Position numbers and translations under genes: made by a program. From a virus (taxonomy: Duplodnaviria > Caudoviricetes), in the IMG/VR virus record IMGVR_UViG_3300028591_000127, positions 32,001 through 96,000 of that record: a stretch of DNA of 64,000 bases. One strand, written 5' to 3'. Of this stretch, positions 57,464 to 64,000 are shown piece by piece. The notes under the pieces were generated by a model that did no database searches, had not been told where the DNA came from, and saw only the letters and a list, made by a program, of their open reading frames with translations. Within the stretch, counting starts at the first letter, position 1. Each line of letters starts with the position of its first letter.

Positions 57464-58258
57464 TTAGTTCTGAATAGTAACTTGACTACCAGATAGCTTG
57501 ATTACGCCCTCCTTTGCTAAGAGATCAATAATGTCCTCTGGGGCATCAGGATAGCGCTCTCTAATTATTTTGATAAACTCTTCAATACCAAAGCAGTTAT
57601 TATTGGGATACTCAAGTCTCAAGTCATCACAAATATGAGAATCCTCTAGCCAATTCTCTTCTTCGCTAAAAACTCTCGTATTAGGATTAGGCATAATACC
57701 ATGAGCCTTCTTGATAATCATAATACCCTTCTCAGGAAGAGCACCACGATTTTCTAAACCTTCAATAACTTCCTCCGGACAAACCTCGTGATTCATGATT
57801 TCGGGGTCCAACTCTAAGGTCTTGGTAACTGAAATAGTTATTTTTGAGAATAAACGCTCTGTGGCATAAGCGATTGGACTAATACTGACCTGGTTGTTAT
57901 CACTAATCCTAGCATAACCGCGCTCGATCATTTCCTCTCCCTTATCAGAGAAAATCTTCTCAAATTCATCACACTCCAATACTTCACCAGAGAATTGCTT
58001 CAAATTCATCTCATATTCATTCTTTGGAATATCAAATAAAGATTCTCTAGTTTCAGTTTCTTGCTTCTTATCTGCTTTAGGGAATAAGGCAAGATTAAAT
58101 CTCTTACCACCACACTCAGGACAAATAATACTACTTGTCGATTCTGCAGTCTCTAAAACACATCCGCAATCTTTACAAATGACTTTTCTCAGACTATTAT
58201 CAGAAGTGGAAGAGAAAAGCTTCTTTCGTGGGAACAATTTGATTCTACTACTTAACAT
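57464..58258 (-). CDS. Zn-ribbon prohead core-associated protein
   Basis: CKDC...CPEC; five K/R-x-F-S sites; between protease and scaffold. Confidence 0.6.
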   Translation of the reverse strand: MLSSRIKLFPRKKLFSSTSDNSLRKVICKDCGCVLETAESTSSIICPECGGKRFNLALFPKADKKQETETRESLFDIPKNEYEMNLKQFSGEVLECDEFEKIFSDKGEEMIERGYARISDNNQVSISPIAYATERLFSKITISVTKTLELDPEIMNHEVCPEEVIEGLENRGALPEKGIMIIKKAHGIMPNPNTRVFSEEENWLEDSHICDDLRLEYPNNNCFGIEEFIKIIRERYPDAPEDIIDLLAKEGVIKLSGSQVTIQN

Positions 58259-59495
58259 TCTTCTCCTCCTCCATAATAGACTGTTCTAGGCCCTCTGGAA
58301 GTTCATTTGGTCCAAAAACCTCTTCCTCCATTGCCTTAGTAAATTCAATATAAGCTTCCTGAAGATTTTTTAGTCGCATCGGAGTTAAAGTGCCTCGTTT
58401 GGACATCTCCATATAAGCCAGGCGGGCCGGTTGTTGTAATTTCTGACTGGCTACACGAACAGATTTTCCAAGAGATCCTGCACCAGTCAAAGTAGCAATG
58501 GTCTTACCCGCCAGGATCTCGGGAGTAAGCACCTCGAAAATATCAAGAAGATCCGTCATAAAAAGAGACTTCATAATTTTCAAAGTCTCAGGATCAATCT
58601 TTTCTGCGCCACCTGCTTGCTTAATTGCTTGTTTGTACTCTAAAAACAGACGACGCATTCTCATTCTGGGAGAGAACTTAGCATATCTAACACGCTCTCT
58701 AATAGTAGCAACAGAATATGTTCTCTCAGTATCCTCTTCGATCTGAACTGTATCGGCCAACATAGAGTACTCTTTAGCTTTCAGGATACAGTACTTACCA
58801 TCAATCTTTGAGGATCTTGCTATCTCAGGATCTACGCCTACTTCATCGACACTAGAGAAGGTCTTTACTCGAATATCTGAATCCTTAATCGAAAAAGTCT
58901 TCTCACCTCTCTTAGTATCTTCATCGTCATAGTAAACATCAGTGATTCGAGCTAAAGGACCGAATGAGGGATTTTTTGTGAAATCAACACCCTTCAAAAG
59001 TTTAATTCTCTTGCACTCATCAATACCATTTCCATTCGATTCCCAATAAGCGAGAACAACCATAGAACAAGGCACCTGAACACCAGATTTAATTAAACCC
59101 TTCAATCTCTTTATATTCTCGGCAGCAAGACTATCAAAATCCTTCTCATCTAGAATATGAATCAAGGCACAAAGAAAAGGACCTTCTCCCGGAACATTCT
59201 CAATGTAAAACTCCTTGACGTAATGAGTATATGTGGGGACATTTTCACCAACACACAAACCCGCATCATCAACTCCAATCTGCTTGCGAAGAAGCTCGGG
59301 TTTGCCTATAGAATCAGGAAGTGCAGTAAGACCCCTACCACGATGAGTAAGATATCCAAGACACTCCCTCGTCTCCATAGAACGCTCATATTCCTCAGAG
59401 TTAAGATAGTTTCTTACTACAGTTTCACCAATATGAGATCCATCTGCAGCAAAATGATTGGGACCTAACCCACAACATCTTACTCTTACATCCAT
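58248..59495 (-). CDS. Prohead maturation protease (gp21/HK97-type serine protease) with C-terminal extension
   Basis: CLGYLTH (cf. ALGELNH), GVQVPCS (cf. GVSS) and GVDFTKNPSF (cf. D-x-V-x-x-PS); canonical protease-scaffold-capsid order. Confidence 0.8.
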   Translation of the reverse strand: MDVRVRCCGLGPNHFAADGSHIGETVVRNYLNSEEYERSMETRECLGYLTHRGRGLTALPDSIGKPELLRKQIGVDDAGLCVGENVPTYTHYVKEFYIENVPGEGPFLCALIHILDEKDFDSLAAENIKRLKGLIKSGVQVPCSMVVLAYWESNGNGIDECKRIKLLKGVDFTKNPSFGPLARITDVYYDDEDTKRGEKTFSIKDSDIRVKTFSSVDEVGVDPEIARSSKIDGKYCILKAKEYSMLADTVQIEEDTERTYSVATIRERVRYAKFSPRMRMRRLFLEYKQAIKQAGGAEKIDPETLKIMKSLFMTDLLDIFEVLTPEILAGKTIATLTGAGSLGKSVRVASQKLQQPARLAYMEMSKRGTLTPMRLKNLQEAYIEFTKAMEEEVFGPNELPEGLEQSIMEEEKNVK

Positions 59496-59599
59496 AATTT
59501 TAATATTTTTTAGTTAGTTAGCTCTCATACTTAGATCGAACTATAGAACCTTGGATGTTCGGTATGAGAGTGCGCGATATACAACCACTGCTAGCTAGA

Positions 59600-60088
59600 T
59601 TAATAAGAATAGCCTTCTCTATTAGTATTATTGCTAACAAAATCCTTGCGCTCACGTCTGTTTGCCTGTCTCTGAGCATACCCAAGGCGCTGATTGTAAA
59701 ATTTATTATCCTTGATCTTATTACGATTGGCAAGATATGTACTACCTGCACCAATCAAACCACCAGCAGCGGCACCCAATCCTAATGCGCCTTTGCCACC
59801 ACCGAGATAGCCAAGATTCTGAGCAATCTTTGCAGCACCTAAGCCGATACCGGCGCCGGCAGCAGTACCAACACCCACCTTAGCATAGTTACCAGCATTA
59901 CTGCGCTTCTTTTCAGCCAGAATATCAGAATCCTTCATCTTTTTCAGATTATCAGTATCATCCCACTTAGTATATTGACGCAACTCCTCAAGATACTGCT
60001 CCTCAGTCAGATATTCAGAGTAAGAATACAATCTCTCCTCACCATTCTCATCAATATCAGAGAAAAATCTATCAACTTTAATAATCAT
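59600..60088 (-). CDS. Glycine-zipper protein with RFFS leader
   Basis: MIIKVDRFFS, RLYS, RQYT; VGVGTAAGAGIGLGAA and GLGAAAGGLIGAG. Confidence 0.7.
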   Translation of the reverse strand: MIIKVDRFFSDIDENGEERLYSYSEYLTEEQYLEELRQYTKWDDTDNLKKMKDSDILAEKKRSNAGNYAKVGVGTAAGAGIGLGAAKIAQNLGYLGGGKGALGLGAAAGGLIGAGSTYLANRNKIKDNKFYNQRLGYAQRQANRRERKDFVSNNTNREGYSY

Positions 60089-60105
60089 AGTTAAATTTAA
60101 TACCT

Positions 60106-60150
60106 CCTAACACCGGAAAATTATAATTATTCCCCCCCCCCGGTATTAGG
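60106..60150 (-). other. Intergenic RNA hairpin containing a G10 run
   Basis: CCUAAUACCGG/CCGGUGUUAGG stem; C10 on the + strand at 60132-60141. Confidence 0.45.
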
Positions 60151-60181
60151 CCTAGTGTTACTTAGGAGAGGGATGTGTACA

Positions 60182-60880
60182 TTACTTTGTAAACTCTTTG
60201 TTAAACAACTGCATAAAAGAGTCTATTGTTTCTTTAGTCTCCTCGCTTTCAAAATCTATATCACTATTTTCTTCAGCTAGTTTCTTTAATTCGAGATCTG
60301 AATTCTTAATTTCAATATCATCCTTCATCTCATTAAGCTGGTCCATCATGTTCATAATCTGTTGACATGCTACCCAGATATCCGGGATAGACATCTCATT
60401 TTTATTAAACATCATTTCAGGACTAAGGAGATAGTTAATACAAACCGTTAAACGTTCCAGCATGTGAAGAATCATCAGCGGTTTTAAGGATGCAAACATT
60501 TCAGACACATAGAGCTGAAGTATCTTTCTCTTCTCAGGTGTACTAACAGCTACTAATGATCTTGATAGGTTACTAAGATCTAATTGTAAGTCAGTACCAT
60601 ATTTTTCATTATAGTCAGAGAATATCTTATTGATACTAAGTTGCATCTGTTTAACATTCTCTTCCCTTTCATTTTTAGCTAGGAGATTAGCATCAAGTAT
60701 TATATTTGATGCCTGTTTTGGAAGTTTCGGAGATCCTTGGATAATCTCTTTTAAACCAGCCTTATCATCATTCTCATCTCCCAGCAAGACATAATCATCG
60801 GTATCCTCTAGTGATCTCCCTTCCTTTTTAAGAAGTTCCTTCTTAAACTCAGGATCCGAGAATGGATTTACTGTTTTCAT
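60182..60880 (-). CDS. Hypothetical helical protein (possibly terminase small subunit)
   Basis: ATG at 60880 (MKTVNPFSD); all-helical, acidic. The functional guess is from composition and location only. Confidence 0.4.
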   Translation of the reverse strand: MKTVNPFSDPEFKKELLKKEGRSLEDTDDYVLLGDENDDKAGLKEIIQGSPKLPKQASNIILDANLLAKNEREENVKQMQLSINKIFSDYNEKYGTDLQLDLSNLSRSLVAVSTPEKRKILQLYVSEMFASLKPLMILHMLERLTVCINYLLSPEMMFNKNEMSIPDIWVACQQIMNMMDQLNEMKDDIEIKNSDLELKKLAEENSDIDFESEETKETIDSFMQLFNKEFTK

Positions 60881-61183
60881 TTTACTTACCCCCACTATTA
60901 TAACCCTCCTTGGACATTTTTTTCTAAATAGACAGAATCTTTATCCAAGTTCTTATTAACAAATTTATTCTTTATCAGAGCTTTCATGACAGGATTATAC
61001 TTTATTCGGACCTGGTATTTCTTCTAACCTAAGAGTCACCGCATAAAGCATAATTGGCCCCGTCTTTTAAACTAAAGTCTGAATAATATCGTCTTAATAA
61101 TATCACATTCCTTATAACGAGAGGGAGAGTTACCCTAGCGTTTCTAGGCTCCCTCATTTACGTCTTTTGTAATTACTCTGAGA

Positions 61184-61321
61184 TTACATGTAAAACTTTA
61201 TATTCTTAAAGTCTTTACCGTACATAATCTCAAAATTTCTTGCAGACATCTCAAAATACTTCTTAATCGGCCATGCAAGATAGTGGCCTGTCTTCTTAGC
61301 AAAATTACAAATCTTAATCAT
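61184..61321 (-). CDS. Small 45-aa protein (not in ORF track)
   Basis: MIKICNFAKKTGHYLAWPIKKYFEMSARNFEIMYGKDFKNIKFYM with an AT-rich leader, flanked by hairpins. Confidence 0.45.
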   Translation of the reverse strand: MIKICNFAKKTGHYLAWPIKKYFEMSARNFEIMYGKDFKNIKFYM

Positions 61322-61476
61322 AATCGTTATATTTAAATGTTAATACTAGATCTCCTCTGAGAAGTTGAATCTCAATAATAAACCGTTAGGAGACAACGAT
61401 ATGATACTAAGAGTGAGATCCCAAACCCTAATCGAATAGTAACTACCAAAATGTAGCAGTTTGGGATTTTATATCT

Positions 61477-61737
61477 TTACAGTACTATAGCAGAAAGAAT
61501 TAGCGCAACAATTACACCAACTCCAGCACTAATAAAGTAAGATTTCTTATTAAAATCATCCTTGCCAATAATGATACCTAAAAGCTCGCCAAGTAAGGCT
61601 GCACCCAAAGAAGCAAAGATAGAAATACCAGTAGTACCAAGAATAGTGGCACCATCAATAGTCGACTCCTGCCATACTACACCACCAACAGCAAGAATGA
61701 CCAAAATAATGTTTAAAACAAGTCTCCAAATTTTCAT
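61477..61737 (-). CDS. Small membrane protein (about 3 TM helices)
   Basis: Three hydrophobic segments. Confidence 0.6.
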   Translation of the reverse strand: MKIWRLVLNIILVILAVGGVVWQESTIDGATILGTTGISIFASLGAALLGELLGIIIGKDDFNKKSYFISAGVGVIVALILSAIVL

Positions 61738-61740
61738 AAT

Positions 61741-61992
61741 TTATACTAAACTAAATCCAAAAATTAGTCCCCTAATAGTGTAACCAATGGCCACACTAAC
61801 CAGAGTTATTGTAAAGTCTACCCAATCCCATAGACCTCCCCATAGCTTATCCTTTAATTCAGAGGTAATACTAATACCTATGCCAACATAAGCAGCACAA
61901 TATACAGAGTTTGATCCAAAACCCACTAACAAGCCAATGAGAATATGAAGCCAATGATGACTTTCTGTAAACCATTTAATTATTTTCCCCAT
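61741..61992 (-). CDS. Small membrane protein
   Basis: ESHHWLH...ELKDKLWGGLWDWVDF with hydrophobic helices, a pattern seen in Bacteroidota phage membrane proteins. Confidence 0.6.
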   Translation of the reverse strand: MGKIIKWFTESHHWLHILIGLLVGFGSNSVYCAAYVGIGISITSELKDKLWGGLWDWVDFTITLVSVAIGYTIRGLIFGFSLV

Positions 61993-61995
61993 AGA

Positions 61996-62433
61996 TTAAT
62001 CCTCCTGAAGATTCTTAAGGGCTTTTTTATGCCGTTTTACTTTCATACCAGCCTTAGTTGCCTCTACACCATGATAAGCTGTATTCAAACCAGTAATACC
62101 TAATCCAACAGCATTAAAACCTTTATTACTACCTTTTTTCAGTCCTCTACCAAAAGAACCAGCTAAAATACCATTAAGGGTTGCTACAGTTCCGTGTCCT
62201 AATGCCTTCCTCTTCTCAGAGGCAATAGCATTCTCATAGGCTTTAGCAAGGTCCTCTTCTGCCTTAGAGAAATTCTTATGGTACTCGTAAGAACTACTTT
62301 CACTCCTTACCTTACTGGTCGGAGTAGAGTCTGAATATTTATGGTTGACCTCTTTTGACACTCCACCATCGTCATAAACCTTAATAGATTCTGAATCAAA
62401 AGTCTTAGGTCTTTGTACCTTTATTTTAGCCAT
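61996..62433 (-). CDS. Basic glycine-rich protein with KTF leader and internal KNFS
   Basis: MAKIKVQRPKTFD...HKNFS; GTVATLNGILAG and GLGITGLNTAYHG. Confidence 0.6.
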   Translation of the reverse strand: MAKIKVQRPKTFDSESIKVYDDGGVSKEVNHKYSDSTPTSKVRSESSSYEYHKNFSKAEEDLAKAYENAIASEKRKALGHGTVATLNGILAGSFGRGLKKGSNKGFNAVGLGITGLNTAYHGVEATKAGMKVKRHKKALKNLQED

Positions 62434-62516
62434 AATTTTGATATTTTAGTTAATTAGTCTTCCCGGTCTAATCAAATAGGTAGAACTTAATAATGTTCTC
62501 CGGGAAGTGTTATTGT

Positions 62517-63734
62517 TTAAAGCATATTTTTTAAACCATTAAGGTAATCCCCTGTCTCCTTATAGTTACTAATGATAGTGTCTATATCCTTTTCAGACGT
62601 TATCCCTCGTAATGATTTTCCTGTAGACATATAGTTCTTACCTAGATCTAGTTTATTTCCATACTTAACAAGAGCTTTATCAGTAATCACCTTACCTCTA
62701 GCCGCATCAATGCCTTTAGATAAACCAGCGCCTAAGAGACCTCCTGTAGCAGCTCCTTTTATCATTCCGGCATTTTTCCGAGATCTTACGAAATTATCAT
62801 ACTCTAAAGATCCCTTTTCCAACCCGTATTTATTAATAGCGGCCTTCTTAGCCTTCTTGCCTTCGACCTCTCTACCAACTAAAGACCCAATCACAGATCC
62901 GCCGCCAGACAAGTATTCAGTCTGATGCTTATTAAAATGAGAGAGCCCACCTAATTCTTTAGTAAGCTTACCCCTTACGTTATAGAGATCGTTTCCTACA
63001 AAGTGTCTAAATTGTTGGGCTAAGATTCTGTCACCCTTGGCAGCAGTAAAAGCAGAGTAATTTCTAGTCCTAGCAGCAGCCTCAACCACACTATCTACAC
63101 GATCTAATACAGGCCTGACTACTCTATTAAAAGTTCCTTCAGAGAACCTATCCGCCTGTGTTGAACTAGCCTTACCGGAAACCATCTCCCTAGCAAAATG
63201 CTCGCAGTTATTATTTCTGAGATTATACTGACCGCGATCTTTTCCGATCCAGGATTCGGCCCTTGATACTACTTCTTCTGGCGTATAAGGACCTTTAGCT
63301 TTCTCTATTCTGAGGGCGCTTCCGTTTGAAAAATGATCTAAGCTTGTATACCCTACATTAGCGGTTCGAGGATCAAACTTTTCAGAGCCATATTCAATAA
63401 TTTTGCCATCTTTACCAACGATACCATAATGTTGATATGCTCCTCGGTCTGCAATAACAATATCACCAGGACTCATTGTTTGTCTAACTTGCTCAATATC
63501 AGCCTTTATAGGTTTTCCAATATAGGCTTTATATCTTTTTTTCGCATACTTACTACCTGCTCCAAGTGTTCCACCAATAGTAGCACCGACAATAGCGCCC
63601 TTTATTGCTCTTGACTTTTGCTTTCCGTCTTTCTCTTTCCTACCACGAATAAGCTGAGTTGTTGCACCAGTAATACCGCCAATTGCAGATCCAGTTAGTA
63701 CGGGTTTTACATAACTAAATCTTTTTACTTTCAT
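62517..63734 (-). CDS. LRAT/NC-domain (permuted NlpC/P60) protein flanked by glycine zippers
   Basis: PGDIVIADRGAYQHYGIV...EEVVSRAESWIG...YNLRNNNCEHFAREM..G...STQ is the LRAT/HRASLS signature; MKVKRFS leader. Confidence 0.85.
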   Translation of the reverse strand: MKVKRFSYVKPVLTGSAIGGITGATTQLIRGRKEKDGKQKSRAIKGAIVGATIGGTLGAGSKYAKKRYKAYIGKPIKADIEQVRQTMSPGDIVIADRGAYQHYGIVGKDGKIIEYGSEKFDPRTANVGYTSLDHFSNGSALRIEKAKGPYTPEEVVSRAESWIGKDRGQYNLRNNNCEHFAREMVSGKASSTQADRFSEGTFNRVVRPVLDRVDSVVEAAARTRNYSAFTAAKGDRILAQQFRHFVGNDLYNVRGKLTKELGGLSHFNKHQTEYLSGGGSVIGSLVGREVEGKKAKKAAINKYGLEKGSLEYDNFVRSRKNAGMIKGAATGGLLGAGLSKGIDAARGKVITDKALVKYGNKLDLGKNYMSTGKSLRGITSEKDIDTIISNYKETGDYLNGLKNML

Positions 63735-63740
63735 CTTTGA

Positions 63741-64000
63741 TTAATATCCGAACATATCACGGGCCTTCAGACCTCTTATCTGCTTTGCAACAGTATTAGC
63801 ATTGGCCTCAGACGTCTTACCTGCCTCACGTATACCCTTACTTAATTTCTTAGCACCACGAGTAACCAAGCTGCTAAGATCTTGTGCAATAGGCTGAGCA
63901 TTTTTAGCACTTTGCTCTGCTGCACCTGCGTAAAGTTCCTGCATTGCTTGCTTATATCTAACAGCATTTCTCTTACCCTCCATTCTCATACGGGCAAGAA
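63741..64000 (-). CDS. Basic Ala/Lys-rich protein (probably 5'-truncated by the window edge)
   Basis: The frame stays open upstream of the track ATG at 63989 up to the edge. Confidence 0.45.
   Translation of the reverse strand, partial: LARMRMEGKRNAVRYKQAMQELYAGAAEQSAKNAQPIAQDLSSLVTRGAKKLSKGIREAGKTSEANANTVAKQIRGLKARDMFGY

Noticed and set aside
32125-61115. Possible late-promoter motif (TTA-TA-like words upstream of several genes)
   Set aside because: Too degenerate in AT-rich DNA to support without motif statistics or TSS data.
60896-61476. tRNA or hammerhead ribozyme in the structured intergenic region
   Set aside because: No cloverleaf with T-loop consensus and no CUGAUGA/GAAA core.
1-64000. 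Alternative genetic code (stop-codon reassignment as in Lak or some crAss-like phages)
   Set aside because: Genes are long and tightly packed in code 11, and TAG (e.g. 22404, 24330, 32806) and TGA both end genes at sensible boundaries.

Overview
This window is the virion-morphogenesis region of a large, T4-like contractile-tailed (myo) phage, probably infecting Bacteroidota (DUF5675 gene, AT-rich leaders without Shine-Dalgarno motifs). It uses the standard genetic code. All credible genes are on the minus strand. Reading right to left: small head-associated genes, prohead protease, scaffold, major capsid protein, a block of small basic glycine-zipper proteins, tail sheath, neck proteins, a giant acidic-repeat/tube-fold protein, a second sheath-like protein, tail tube, a putative endolysin, tail chaperones, tape measure with a lysozyme domain, baseplate (with a free-standing GIY-YIG endonuclease), large fibre-type proteins and a T-like holin. 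Portal and large terminase were not recognised here. The main signal is a shared K/R-x-F/Y-S(T) motif. It ends a short basic N-terminal leader on about 16 otherwise unrelated proteins, occurs 12 times in the scaffold, 4 times just after the protease catalytic domain and twice in the capsid N-terminus, and separates modules in apparent polyproteins. I infer a capsid-targeting and maturation-protease code with non-T4 specificity that loads the head with membrane-active peptides, an LRAT-family enzyme and a Dps-like protein. Other notable items are a candidate +1 frameshift (UUC UUU CGA) in the tail chaperone and a repeated three-way-junction RNA motif. All annotations come from motif recognition and synteny by eye; no database searches were run.
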